Assembly: GCF_001194135.2 (NCBI RefSeq)
Contig: NC_068991.1
Span: 75,880,576 to 75,919,706 of the forward strand
DNA length: 39,131 bases
Reading direction: 5' to 3'
Source: Octopus bimaculoides
Taxonomy: Eukaryota
Below are positions 10,477 through 23,150 of the stretch, in pieces. The notes under the pieces were generated by a model. The model worked only from the letters and a program-made list of their open reading frames with translations, ran no database searches and had not been told where the DNA came from. The translations under genes were made by a program, and so were the position numbers. Each line of letters begins with the position of its first letter. Positions within the stretch are counted from its first letter, which is position 1.

Positions 10477-10557
10477 CCATCATGGCACCCTGTTGTATCA
10501 TATTTAATCAGTACTACATGCTCTGCTCTTTCTATAATTCGCCACAGCTCATCGCGA
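10477..10557 (+). CDS. Candidate coding exon E1 (81 nt, phase 1-1): IMAPCCIIFNQYYMLCSFYNSPQLIA
   Basis: Acceptor TTATTCTTACTAG, donor CGA|GTAAGT, open frame; joins candidate E2 in frame. Product not recognised. Confidence 0.3.
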
Positions 10558-10860
10558 GTAAGTAACAAGTACTTCTGTGTTCATTTGAGCTGCTAATAAC
10601 AACAACCGCAAATGTTCTTTGAATCATGTTGTTGCTTTCGAATTATGTGTTTCCGGTTTATTTATATAAAATAAATATATCAGATGATCACGGCTGAATG
10701 ACTTCGTATATGTTCAGTCAGAGATGGATTTGGTCTAAGCAGGAATAACTACATATGATTCTACTTAGAGCATTCTAACCTAATCCTGATGAATTACTGG
10801 ATTTCGTTTGTAACAACACACTGTTAAATATGAACACATTTTCAGTGACAGTAAATGTAT

Positions 10861-11245
10861 TGTTGTTGGCACTCCGTCGCTTACGACGTCGAGGGTTCCA
10901 GTTGATCCGATGAACGGAACAGCCTGCTCGTGAAATTAACGTGCAAGTGGCTGAGCACTCCACAGACACGTGTACCCTTAACGTAGTTCTCGGGGATATT
11001 CAGCATGACACAGTGTGACAAGGCTGACCCTTTGAATTACAGGCACAACAGAAACAGGAAGAAAGAGTGAGAGAAAGTTGTGGTGAAAGAGTACAGCAGG
11101 GTTCACTACCATCCCCTGTCGGAGCCTCGTGGAGCTTTAGCTGTTTTCGCTCAATAAACACTCACAACGCCCGGTCTGGGAATCGAAACCGCGATCCTAT
11201 GACCGCGAGTCCGCTGCCCTAATCACTGGGCCATTGTGCCTCCAC
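10861..11245 (-). mobile_element. Full-length tRNA-derived SINE family B, low divergence
   Basis: Minus-strand head GTGGAGGCACAATGGCCCAGTGATTAGGGCAGCGGACTCGCGGTCATAGGATCGCGGTTTCGATTCCC (A and B boxes). Its 3' domain is shared with 31680-31871 and it ends in a (CAA)n tail. Confidence 0.9.
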
Positions 11246-11564
11246 GACGGTAAATGTAATACAGAAAAAAAAGGCCTACGCCAAATATTATCAATGTTTA
11301 ATGATTAAGTGTTTTTAAAGGATTTCCTATATTCCCTCGTGAACGAAAACACAACTTACAAGATTATATGAACAATATATTGTTACAAAGCAGAAAGGTT
11401 ATCAAAAGGTTAAGTGTAATAATATATTCATTTTTTCAGTTAGAGAAATTTGTGTACTGAGGTTTATATATTGTTTTTCTATGGATAATGAGTTCATGCA
11501 TAGGAAAGATACTGACAGCCAAGCAAGCAATGTAATGGAGACGAGGGCAAGTAACTCTTCCAGA

Positions 11565-11780
11565 ATATAAATAGTTTCAAAATTTGGCACAAGGCCAGTA
11601 ATGTCGGGGGATGGGGCAAGTCGATAACATCAACCTCAATGCACAACTGGTACTTTGCTTGTTGACCCTGAAAGGATAAAAGCAAAGTTAACATTGCGAA
11701 TATTGAACACAGAACGCAAAGGCGGACGAAATGACTCTAAGCATTTTGTCCAGCATACTAACGATTCTGCCTGTTCGCCA
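11565..11780 (-). mobile_element. SINE family A, full length
   Basis: TTTGGCACAAGGCCAG...ACTGGTACT...TGACCCTGAAAGGAT...CTAAGCATTTTGTCCAGCATACTAACGATTCTGCC. Confidence 0.88.
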
Positions 11781-12065
11781 ACCAAAACGTTTCCATTCTA
11801 ATAAGGAAAGATTCATAAAAGTATGACTGTATAACATAGAAAAGTAACTAACATAACTTAAAAACTATTGGTGGCTTTGAAGACAAAATGTTTTATTTAA
11901 TAGCTTAATAAATGCAGCATTAATGAAAATTGTTATCCCAAATCTGAAACCTAGGCGTTGATAATGACTCTGAGGTAGACCCTAGGCACAATATGACGCA
12001 AAGGATTATTAGTATATAAGGTATCTACTAAAGAAATAAAACAAGAATCATGGAAATTCATATAA

Positions 12066-12277
12066 ATTATCCTTTCTACTATAAGGCCCAAAAGGTTAAA
12101 GGGAGCTGATCTATTACATCGACCTCAGGGTTCAACTGATATTTATTCTATCGACCCCTAAAGGATGAAAGGTAAAGCCTACCTCGGCGGAATTTGAACT
12201 CAGATCGTAAAGACGGACGAAAAGCCGCTAAGCATTTTTGGCCGGGGCAGTAACTATTCTGCCATGTCACCGCCTTT
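12066..12277 (-). mobile_element. SINE family A, full length
   Basis: ATCGACCCCTAAAGGATGAAAGGTAAAGCCTACCTCGGCGGAATTTGAACTCAGA...ATTCTGCCATGTCACCGCCTT. Confidence 0.9.
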
Positions 12278-15019
12278 AAATAAAACAAAATAATAATAGG
12301 TAGTTAATCTGTAATACAAACACAAATTTATTGTAACAGTATATATTATAGTATATTTGTAATCGTTTTGGCGGTTATCTTGTGACAAGCTGAACTACCA
12401 GATAATCTTCAACAACCTTCGAAACTGTCCGCACCTATAATCAAAATGGTTCCTGAAAGTAATATTAAAAAAAAATTGATCACCGAGGGAAGTTCAACAG
12501 CTGCACATCTCCAACGCTCGTCTCTTATAAATATATGAAATTATTTATATAAGTTCATTACGTCATACAGGGTTTGTTATTGGGAAGAATACGGAACATT
12601 TCAGGAAAATTGTTTAACGTAAGAATTTATGCTCCGCTGAACAAAATGGATTTAATAAGTTGCTAAATATTCTATCAATCCAGGAAGATGAAAGCTAATC
12701 GATACAACAGAACTTTCAACTCATCACCTAAAAAGATATAATTGAATACTATGTACATTTTTATACTTATTTTTGATTATTGCCAAGACTCTAAATTTCC
12801 TGCCATAATCATAAAAACGATGATCATGAGAATAAGGACCAATGCTGGTTTCAGTAACGGGTTGGGGGTAATGGTGCTGATGGTGATAATTTCCGACTTT
12901 GATACTATAATAATAACTTCAACATATACAGAAATACGGCATTTTATAGCAAATGCAATGTTGTGAATAAAACCTTCTCCAAGAAAATTGCTGTTTTACA
13001 TGCGAAGGAATAATGCTGATAAGCAATTTAAACGCTGTAGTAGAATCAAATCGAATCGCCAGGCAGCTGCCGCCTGCTCTCAGAAAATTCGGCAGAAATG
13101 ACAGACTTAACGGTGTGTGCAGAACGGTAATTTGGTTTACAATTTTGTGCGATTATATTTGCTGGCTAGGACACATTCAAAGTGCTAAATTGCCGAGGTA
13201 TTTCCATTCCATTATGACTAAATAACATAATCATACATACATAGATAGATATTTAAGTATAGATGCATATAGCTTTATATGTCTAACAGTCTATGAAAGT
13301 GTATTATGCAAAATTATACACACGACTGTATGTGTGTACATTTTGCTATTTTTAATTTATTGAATACGACTTACAGAATAGGGACAGGTTGCGAACTAGG
13401 AAACAAATTTTCATCACTATAATTTTGATAACAACATAATTCAGAATTGTATTGAAATTTAAGAAAATCCTGCATGCATCAATTGATACAGTTAAACGTT
13501 CAATTCTCAGAGCTCGTGTGCGTGCGTATATGTGTTTTTGCATACGTGTGAGTGCATGTGTTGCTATGTTTCTGTAAAATTCATTGTATGTTTGTCCCAA
13601 ATAATTATGTTACATTTTGCGCCAGTTTTAATATCAATGCTGTAGTTAGTTATATGGCGAGTTTAGAAACGTATAAATGTACGCAACATTGAAAAATATA
13701 TTGAAACATAACACAACGAATCTTTGCTATACTTAGAATTGTACATCGTTTGAGCAAGTGAGATACGCTGCATAAGAAAATAGTATAATGATATTTTAAG
13801 ATAGCTGTGAATCATATATTTAATATTTTTGTGACAAAATTGTGATAAAATTGAAATTTTCAGCTTAAACATTTTATTGCCCCATTTAACAAAATTTTAC
13901 AGGATCACTTATTTTTCAACAGAAAAACATAACGTTCAAAATGGTGATACAATGTTACACACAGGAATGCAAATAGGCTGCATTTGTTGTCTTAATTCAT
14001 CCCATTATTATGTCTACTGACTAATACACATCACAAATTCATATGTTTTTGTTAGTACACAGTGTTTTCTTCACCGGGTTTATATTGCTGTTAAATTATC
14101 CAGCAGTTCTTAGATTGTTTGGAAGATATTCTGAATCCAAATGTTTATATGATCGATCTGTAATGTGTAGTCCACTTTATGACTGATTCTTTGATTGATG
14201 TAGATGTTGCAACTGTTGTTTAGTAGGTATTATCTAAGGCTGGTTAAATGGAGCAAATCTCTACCTTTTGATACATCGATATCCCTAGCCTGTAAAATCA
14301 GTCAGTTCATAATATCCAAGGGGTCTCAATATGAACGAAGCGGCTTCTCTAAATAGAACAGTGAAGTAACCCTAATGTCGGAAGAACAGACTGAGATCAT
14401 TTTAATTTGGATCGCAACAAGGTGGACAAATATCATAGCAAAGGATGAAAAGCATAGCCTTATCAGTCAACTTTCGTCGTAATGTATGATAAAGCATTGC
14501 AGCTGATTTGTTAATACGTTCATTTAATGAACATAGGGCGGCATGTTATTCCACGTTGCTTCTGCTTACGCAGCTAAAAATGCGTAACAATCTCGTATTG
14601 GCGTATCATTTCGTCTCGCTACCGGCCATATCCATGGTGTGCCACAGTGTCAAAAATTGAAAAGGCTGATAAGGTATATATGTTTTTTGTGCGACTAAAT
14701 CGGCAGCAAAAACAATTATCGAAGACAACCAATTTTGCGTTTGACGGCTGTGGTTGATAAATCCAAAGATATTCTTTTTATTGTAAATACAAATAAGTAA
14801 TGACTGATGAGAATACAACTGGAAGGAAGAGAGTAAGGGAAAGTGCCAAACGATTATTTATCAATGAAGCTGCGATGCTTGAAGTAAAAAAAAAAACAAA
14901 AAAAAACTGATATTGTGATAATATTGTTTTTTTTATTTCAGAAAGCCGTTTAATTATTTTCTCTGCTTGCGGTTGCTGGAATCATTATATCTAGTAAATA
15001 CTTACTGCCAATAAGAAGC

Positions 15020-15830
15020 TAACAAAAGACCTCGCCGACCACTCTTATCCTCGTAACTGAAACGACAATAATTGTCTCCGACGCTAGCAATTCATCGAGA
15101 AAAGTATTCCAAAGACAGTCTGCCTGTAATTCAGTTTACTTTAGCACTAAATCTATTGATATTTCTTTTACAAAATTCCAGTGGTTATATGATAGGTACT
15201 TGAACAATATAAATCACTATTGCAATCCATCATTTTCTTCTTAACTATCTAAATATCTACATGAGGAATGTTTATAATGTTGGGAAAGAACCGGTCTTAA
15301 TGACATTTACAGTTGATATAGTGACAGAATTTGGCTAAAGGAAACTTTCATACTTAATAATTGAACATAGGAATTCTTCTTCCAGAACTAAAAGCTAGAA
15401 AAACACTTTTCTTTCTATTTCTTCCGTTCAAATTACATTCTAATATCAGCAATAAAACAGTTTACCGTGGTGACTAAACAACTCACTTGTGCCTCATCCC
15501 TGCCATACCGCTTCAAATCATCCATGAATCGTCGGTGGTTGATTGTTTGAGATTTTCCCTTTAGCTGGTACCCTAGATTCATTTTCCTAAGTACCAAGGT
15601 CAGAGGGGTTATGCAGAGAACAAAAAGCAATGGGAATACATTATCGTTCTCGAAATTAATTCCCTCTTCTAATACCTAGGCTGCTCAAGCTGTGTCCCTA
15701 AGACGTCAACTCAGTTTTCCACATCACCATACTCCTCTTCAGAAAATCAAAAAAAAATTGCATTCCACGCAATTACAGACAAATCTAAGCACTCGATAAT
15801 CCACAAATGTGGATCATCGTGTGCTTGGAA
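15020..15830 (-). mobile_element. R4/Dong-type LINE reverse transcriptase fragment (pseudogenised)
   Basis: AHDDPHLWIIECLDL (cf. AYDxVPHSWI), then LFVLCITPLTLVLRK...INHRRFMDDLKRYG...VNCFIADIRM*F (FMDD catalytic motif), and GRRGL (cf. GGRGL) near 15035. Confidence 0.85.
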
Positions 15831-15849
15831 TGTGGAGACCACGAATGTG

Positions 15850-16166
15850 GAGTCATTATTATTGTTATTGTTTCATGAAAACTCTCAGTTTATTTTGCTG
15901 GGTATGATGGAAAGTATCAACTGTCCACAGTGAGCAGATTAAGGTGATACGTGTTTACTGGTCATGCTTCAAGAACCCTGCGAAGAATTCTTGCAGTTCA
16001 AAGCAATGCTGATTTTTGTAGGTGTTCTATTTTTACATCCGTACTAGTCTTTTTTTTTTCCACGTATTTGAATGCTAATGCTTCCAAGTGCACCAATTGC
16101 TATTGGTATCACGTCTAATCTCCTCATTGACCACTACCTTCGTATTTCCCAATCCAAATTTTCGTA
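15850..16166 (-). mobile_element. 5'-truncated R4/Dong-type LINE 3' end (REL endonuclease C-terminus, 3' UTR, AAT tail)
   Basis: YENLDWEIRR*WSMRRLDVIPIAIGALGSI...IEHLQKSALL*TARILRRVLEA*, followed by a short UTR and AATAACAATAATAAT. Confidence 0.85.
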
Positions 16167-16174
16167 TGTTGTTG

Positions 16175-16253
<79 letters not shown>

Positions 16254-16260
16254 CATTATA
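16167..16260. repeat. (TTG)(TTA)n microsatellite
   Basis: Direct reading; source of the poly-I and poly-L ORFs. Confidence 0.97.
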
Positions 16261-16361
16261 TTTCTTCCTTCAATTTTGTCCTAGACTCTTCCAAATTCTA
16301 GGACAAAGAAACTCACTGTACACATTGATAGACCATTAAAATAAACATTCCAGATTGTTCA

Positions 16362-16742
16362 NNNNNNNNNNNNNNNNNNNNNNNNNNNNNNNNNNNNNNN
16401 NNNNNNNNNNNNNNNNNNNNNNNNNNNNNNNNNNNNNNNNNNNNNNNNNNNNNNNNNNNNNNNNNNNNNNNNNNNNNNNNNNNNNNNNNNNNNNNNNNNN
16501 NNNNNNNNNNNNNNNNNNNNNNNNNNNNNNNNNNNNNNNNNNNNNNNNNNNNNNNNNNNNNNNNNNNNNNNNNNNNNNNNNNNNNNNNNNNNNNNNNNNN
16601 NNNNNNNNNNNNNNNNNNNNNNNNNNNNNNNNNNNNNNNNNNNNNNNNNNNNNNNNNNNNNNNNNNNNNNNNNNNNNNNNNNNNNNNNNNNNNNNNNNNN
16701 NNNNNNNNNNNNNNNNNNNNNNNNNNNNNNNNNNNNNNNNNN
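16362..16742. other. Assembly gap
   Basis: N run with (AT)n on its right. Confidence 0.98.
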
Positions 16743-17470
16743 ATATATATATATATATATATATACATACACACTCACACACACACACACACGCACACAT
16801 ACATATATATACGTTTATGTCTACCAGGTTATGAACGTTATAAACATACGAATAATCATATCCGTTCGTAAATGTATGTAGAAGGTGAATACATGTATGT
16901 GTGTGAATGTATGTGTGTTTGAGTATGCGTTTGTATGTGTCCTGTTCATATTCAATAACATATTTATTCATAACGCTTAGCACTCTACAAGTTGTTATTT
17001 GAAAAGGTGCGAAAAGAAGTTGTGTGATGGAATGAGAATATCGACTTAGATGGATTTCGTGAAGAATTCTAAAGTGAATGTTAATTATCCCGCGTATTAT
17101 GGAGTGAATAACTTGCTTTGAATTTAAACATATCGGAGACATTCAATGGAAAGCTGGAATGTCTGGAGAAATTCCAAGAAAATGGCTAGACTATATATTT
17201 TTCTTATTATTTTATACATTTTTTAAATGAAAATCTAAAGTAACTTTGTTATTGAAACGCCACTCGGCGATTTTATTATTATCGAAGTATTTCATGAATA
17301 TTATCTGGGTATTTTATATACTTTTAGTAAGGCATGACTATTTTGGTTTGATAAGGATTAAGGCTATCAAGAAGATTTGAAATTGTCTCCTAATCTTAAC
17401 CTGGAATTTGGTTTCGAATTCTACTAAACTGAATCATTTCTTTATATGTAGCCAAATACTTTTGTTATAG

Positions 17471-17547
17471 GAACTGGTTCTTTGCGGACCTTGGCACTTT
17501 ATTTGCTTAAAAATCCCAAAGATGAACGACAGCTGGATTATAACCGA
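17471..17547 (+). CDS. Candidate coding exon E2 (77 nt, phase 1-0): TGSLRTLALYLLKNPKDERQLDYNR
   Basis: Acceptor ACTTTTGTTATAG, donor CGA|GTAAGT; a 91-nt intron leads to E3, joined in frame. Confidence 0.45.
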
Positions 17548-17638
17548 GTAAGTTTTGGCAGAACATTAATTTATGACGATGATGATCGTTAAATCACGTG
17601 CCAAGTCAATTTCTATTTTTGTAACATAGTTTTCGTAG

Positions 17639-17706
17639 ACTTATCTAAGTCTTGTAAATAAGAATAAACGAACATTCTCTGGTAGATTCAATACAACATG
17701 TTATGG
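17639..17706 (+). CDS. Candidate coding exon E3 (68 nt, phase 0-2): TYLSLVNKNKRTFSGRFNTTCYG
   Basis: Acceptor TTCTATTTTTGTAACATAGTTTTCGTAG, donor TGG|GTGAGT. Only one frame is open, and it continues E2. Confidence 0.45.
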
Positions 17707-17966
17707 GTGAGTCATACTTTCTGATTACCTAAAATGCAGTGAAATCTGCCAGATACGGATCTATATCTGACAGCAGGAGTGCCTACAAGTGTAAACTGTG
17801 AGATTATTAGACAGGCTAATAGGTCGAGTTTCATAAGATGATTGAAAACATATGCTGCTAAGTGCCACGTGAACCTAATTAATTAATTCGTTATTTAACC
17901 AATATATCTGTTGACCATCATTTAATAACTGTTTACACATACACGTCATTATTATACTGGCGATTA

Positions 17967-17967
17967 C

Positions 17968-18046
<79 letters not shown>
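17967..18046. repeat. Compound (ATT)n-(AGT)n microsatellite
   Basis: Direct reading. Confidence 0.95.
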
Positions 18047-18049
18047 CTG

Positions 18050-18280
18050 AAGGCAACGAGCTGGCAGAATCGTTAGCACGCTGGACGAAATGCTTAGCGG
18101 AAGTTCGCCCGTCGCTACGTTCTGAGTTCAAATTCCACCGAGGTCAATTTTGCCATTCAAACTGTCGGGGTCGATAAATTAAGTACCAGTTGCATACTGG
18201 TGTCGATCTATTCGACTGACCACATCCCTCCAAATTTCAGGCCTTGTGCCTATAGTAGAAAGGATTATTATTACTATTAT
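18050..18280 (+). mobile_element. SINE family A, full length
   Basis: AAGGCAACGAGCTGGCAGAATCGTTAGC (A box)...GAGTTCAAATTCC (B box)...GGGGTCGATAAATTAAGTACCAG...GGCCTTGTGCC, then an (ATT) tail. Confidence 0.92.
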
Positions 18281-18351
18281 TTTCGTATACACTCAAAAGA
18301 TTAGATTCTTGGAAAAGAAAAGAATCCTAACATCTGGCTACAATCAGTAGA

Positions 18352-18382
18352 ATTATTATTATTATTGTCATTGTTGTTGTTG

Positions 18383-18465
<83 letters not shown>
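18352..18465. repeat. (ATT/GTT)n microsatellite
   Basis: Direct reading. Confidence 0.97.
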
Positions 18466-18539
18466 TCTTAATACACCGTTGTGAAATATAATCTTTTCAC
18501 TAACATTTCGAATATAATTACATATATTGCTTTCGAAAA

Positions 18540-18660
18540 TTTTAGGAAAATGGGGTGTCTATTTGGCTGGTATTTATATCATCGAACCGTGAAGATGAAA
18601 GACAAACTTTATCTTGATGAGTACGTGAACTGAAGCCGTAATTTTACTAAGTACTGCAGA
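18540..18660 (-). mobile_element. SINE family A, degenerate
   Basis: GCTGGTATTTATATCATCGAACCGTGAAGATGAAAGACAAACTT remnant. Confidence 0.5.
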
Positions 18661-19159
18661 TCTAGCTTTCTGTCTGATATTCTACGGATTACAATAAATC
18701 ATTTCATTCAGTAGAAATCTGAATAGATTTCTTCATTCACCCACCTTAAACCGAACTGACATCAATCTCACTGAAGCTCCATCAGTTTTTCAGACGAATT
18801 ATTTACCTCACTCTTAATTATAACAGATTACCTAAATTGATATGAAGCAGAAGATAATACTTTTAAATGCCATCGTATCATTACATTTTCTCATCCAAAT
18901 TGCATTAATTTTATTGATGAGATGTTGGATTCCTTTTATGCTTACTTTTTATGGTATTAACAGGATACAATATATATGTTATATGGTATTAACAGTATTA
19001 ACAGCATAAAAGATTTTTCCTCCAAATAACAATGCTTCTTTTTTTCTAATTTTTGTTTCATATTTGTTCACGTTCAGTAGAATATAATCATGTAGATCAA
19101 CCAAATATACTACGTAATTAGAAGCATATACGAATGCCGTGTCAATACAAAACCAAACT

Positions 19160-19385
19160 AAGGCTGTGAGCTGGCAGAATCGCCACAGCATGTCGGACAG
19201 AATGTTTAGCGGCATTTCGCCCTTCTTCACGTTCTGAGTTCAAATTCCGCCGAGGTCGACTGTGTCTTTTATGCTTTCGGTGTCGATAAAATAAATACCA
19301 ACTGAGTACTGAGGGTCGATGTAAACGACTTACATTCTCCCTCCAAATTGCTGGCCTTTATGCCAACATTTCAAAGTTTAAAATC
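19160..19385 (+). mobile_element. SINE family A, full length
   Basis: AAGGCTGTGAGCTGGCAGAATCG...GAGTTCAAATTCCGCCGAGGTCGAC...GTCGATAAAATAAATACC...TTGCTGGCC. Confidence 0.9.
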
Positions 19386-19890
19386 AATATAAAACAAAAC
19401 ATCGGGCTGTCGACGAGACTATGATTTCTAAGTATTAGAACCAACAGTGCCCCCAAAGAGTTAGAGGACAAAAGAAGATCTCTGAACTAGTAAAGGATCC
19501 TATTAAATAGAAGCACATTTATATTGATTCACATTGATGCTAAGTAGGTGATATTTAAATTTTAAAATTATTCCCATCAAAATATTTATATGAAACATGT
19601 GAATTTCCTTGGCTCCATGATATTGAAATATACGGAAAACATTGATGATGGAATCCACAGAGAAAATTAACAGAAAAAAAATATTTGAGGATTTTATTGC
19701 AACTTTTATGACATGAAGTTACAATTTAACACAGGTGATAATGGTGGAATGTGTTAACAAATGTTTAAGGCATCTGTTGTTTTCACCTGAAAATCCTATT
19801 CTTAAAAGCCTGCAATACTTAAGTTGAAACATAAATAATGATACGACTGAATGAAATACTTTACTGGTTTCTAAAATCAATAACATATAT

Positions 19891-19982
19891 GTGTGTGGGG
19901 GGGTGTATGTGCTGGGGGTGTATGTGGTGGTGGGGTGCATGTGGTGGTGGTGGTGGGGTGTATGTGGTGGGGGGGGGGTGTA
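19891..19982 (+). repeat. G-rich degenerate minisatellite GGGGTGTATGT(GGT)n
   Basis: Five G4-G10 runs separated by TGTATGT-type linkers. Confidence 0.85.
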
Positions 19983-20526
19983 TACATATGCATGTATATA
20001 TGCATACTTAGCGATAACGATATATCAAAAATATATCTTAAGTATACTATGAAGCGAGGATATATATGATTTTAAGAAACAGTGGAATAAAGCATTCTAT
20101 ACTAGGTAAAAATAATAATGTTTCGTGAGTGTCATTATAAAGAAATGGAATATTTTGCATCCACTTATTTTCCATTTAATTTACATGCTCAGAGCTGACT
20201 CACATTAAAGGATTCTTATTTGGGTTTCTTAATTTTTAACCAATGCATTTTTATTTTTTCTTCATCTTCAATTTTTATTTTCGGCTATCAATTGTGGAAC
20301 CAAAGTTTTATATATAAACTCAATATTGATAAAACGGTTTCCAGTGGAAGGAACGTTTGAATAATAAACTATTTAATTGAGTCACTTGATGTGTCTGAAC
20401 TCCTCGCTGTAGTTTATTTCTCATTGGTCAATAAAATTGAAGGTGCAGGTACCAGAATCGATTCAGTTTTTGTGAACTTCATGTGTAAAATATAAAATCC
20501 ATATAACAGACAAGCCCTGTAAGCAG

Positions 20527-20573
20527 CACATATTGCAAGGAAGCACCGCGTTAAAGACAAGCACATATTGCAG
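20527..20573 (+). CDS. Candidate coding exon E5 (47 nt, phase 1-0): HIARKHRVKDKHILQ
   Basis: Strong donor CAG|GTAAGC but a weak acceptor with no pyrimidine tract. Phase-compatible with E6. It contains an internal 13-bp direct repeat. Confidence 0.22.
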
Positions 20574-21632
20574 GTAAGCCTTCTACAATGGCAATAAAAT
20601 CCCTAACGTACGAACATGAAGGATTAAGACTAAGGTTTGAATCTTACGGGCATTTTTTTTAAAAATCTCCTTCGGTTTACTTCTAGCAATAGTAGCTATC
20701 ATAGTAATTTAATGATATTATATTTACTCATGTATTTCATAATTACATTAGAGTTCTATTTGATATTTCTATCCTAATTCTGTCCTCTATTATTGAGTTT
20801 TCATCTAATTAATATAATTACTGATGGAAAAGAAGAGCTAATTTAAGAACTTTAGATATAGCGTTTGTGAAAGTATTATGTTGGTGTGCGGACGCGTGTC
20901 TCCCGTTCCTATTAGTACTGATTAATGAGAAAGAATAGCGACTTCTATTGTTACAGCCACGCGATCTATCTTATACAAATGACCAAATTAAGTCGGAAAC
21001 TAGCGAAGATAAAAGGATCCTTTGACCAAGACTAACAATCTTGTACAAGCAAAACGTGGACATAGCGGAGCCAATTGTAGATATTTTGAATAATATGAAA
21101 TTATCGCATTACAGAGAGTCAGATCGTATATACGTCTCCTTGTGTATTCTGAATATGATTTATGTGATTAATCTTGGATTATAACAAAAATATGTTGGTA
21201 GAATAAGCGTATGTATAAATGCATATAACTGTAGGTGTGTGTATGTGTGTGTCTTCTTGCATAAATGTGTATACATGTACGTCATGTATGCATAGATAGA
21301 TAAACACATACGCATTATATATATGTGCATATGTACATATACACAGACACACGCATAGTTATAATTATGAATGTATATTCATATGTACACATATAGGCAT
21401 ATACATACATATATACGTTTATGTGAGTGCAAGTAAGTGTTATCTACATTTGAATTTATTTATTTATTTATGTGTTTCAGCCAAGTGGCTGCGGTCATGC
21501 TGGTGCACCATTCATGGGACTATTACTCCTTTTATAACACGCGCATGTAGGATAATCTGTGTGTGTGTGTGGGTGCGTATTTGTGAATGTGGGTGTGCGT
21601 GTGTGTATATACGTATGTATATATGTATGTAT

Positions 21633-22075
21633 CCGGGGCACGTACATACAAATATACATACGTTGTTCGAATGCCCGACACACGACTGTCTTACATCGAT
21701 CAGGATGAGGACAAGCGCATGCAGATTAATAGGAAAAGGCAATGCAAGGGTACACTAGAAAAGCCTCAATGTCGACTTGTGAGATAAATCCCGATAAATG
21801 CGAAACAGAAGCGCAAGGTACGCCTCCCTGTCGAAGCTGCACCAAGAGAAGTGGCACCTCTTACGGACAGAACAGATGTGCAGGGCCACAAAGAAGAATT
21901 GAACTGCGCAAATCCAGAAGCACTTCCTCGCATTCAGTCCTAGTAGACTACCAGTGCCCAACTTGGGTGCAGAGCCTACCGACCGCAATCGATCTGATCG
22001 TCCACAGCCGGACACACCCAATCCCATCTTCTCCGACGTTATATCCTATCATGGACAGTAACAATGGAGACAGTC
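21633..22075 (+). mobile_element. RTE-clade LINE 3' end with C2H2-like motif (decayed)
   Basis: GHV..VVRMPDTRL...KR..RKRQCKGTL/KASMSTCEINPDKCETEAQ...RIELRKSR...[23 protein letters not shown] matches the RTE C-terminus (HVVRMPDxRLP...RYKDTLKASL...CPTC...IGLxSHxRTH). Confidence 0.82.
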
Positions 22076-22160
22076 TGTATATGTATATATATATATGTGT
22101 GTATGTATATATATGTATGTATATGTATATATATATATACACACATGTATGTATATAAGC

Positions 22161-22221
<61 letters not shown>

Positions 22222-22557
22222 TACATATATATNNNNNNNNNNNNNNNNNNNNNNNNNNNNNNNNNNNNNNNNNNNNNNNNNNNNNNNNNNNNNNNNNNNN
22301 NNNNNNNNNNNNNNNNNNNNNNNNNNNNNNNNNNNNNNNNNNNNNNNNNNNNNNNNNNNNNNNNNNNNNNNNNNNNNNNNNNNNNNNNNNNNNNNNNNNN
22401 NNNNNNNNNNNNNNNNNNNNNNNNNNNNNNNNNNNNNNNNNNNNNNNNNNNNNNNNNNNNNNNNNNNNNNNNNNNNNNNNNNNNNNNNNNNNNNNNNNNN
22501 NNNNNNNNNNNNNNNNNNNNNNNNNNNNNNNNNNNNNNNNNNNNNNNNNNNNNNNNN
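22076..22557. other. (TA/TG/CA)n microsatellite followed by assembly gap 22233-22557
   Basis: Direct reading. Confidence 0.97.
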
Positions 22558-23150
22558 CATAAATATACAGGGATTAGCAATTGAGTTGCTTCTCCAACAT
22601 ACTGAAAATTTAGAAATAGCAGTCAAAGAAATACTGATTCCAAACTACAAATTTTTCTCTAAAGCGGATGGCGATATTTATGGCACACATAGAACAAAAA
22701 ACCGGAGGGAAAAGCGTAAACAAAACAAGCCTTTAGTTAATTGGATACGAATCGTTTCATGGTTAAGTGAATGGAAATTTCACTATTCCAATCTTCAGCC
22801 CAAATATTCTGATAAATTTGGAAGTGTCTCTAAAAAAATTCACGGTAATTTTTGGCCATGCGACACCAAAAATCAACGATAAGAAAGGCACTTACGAATT
22901 CATCGGCTAGTGAGTTCAGGCATCTCACCTCAAAGAAATCAGGTTGTATCAGGTACAGATTATCATTGGAAGACAAGAGGCAAGCACTTAAAAATCCCTT
23001 CTGGATGGATGAACATAAATTTGAAATCGAGATACGTACTACCTCGATAATTTCTTCCATTCCGTTCCAGAGCACGACAGGTAATTTACGAACAATATTG
23101 CACTCTTTCCCACCGCTCCACGCGGTCATTCCTTCCTACTCTCGTTCATT
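22558..23150 (+). mobile_element. Probable decayed LINE apurinic-endonuclease (APE) region
   Basis: INIQGL...EILIPNYKFF (cf. NIQGL...EIxIPNYxxFRxD) and GNFTIPI (cf. GDFNxPxI), with stops and frameshifts. Confidence 0.4.

Noticed and set aside
11175-11245. tRNA gene
   Set aside because: The A/B boxes continue into a SINE body and tail; it is a tRNA-derived SINE head. The same holds for the family A heads.
13040-13128. GC-rich island with a possible donor ACG|GTAATT as an exon
   Set aside because: The acceptor is ambiguous and no frame fits the phase 1-1 slot between E1 and E2. It may be a conserved non-coding element, but that cannot be shown from this sequence.
14300-14800. Moderately GC-rich stretch with TWNNMPP on the minus strand (LINE-like WNxLP)
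   Set aside because: A single weak motif with no supporting collinear LINE motifs.
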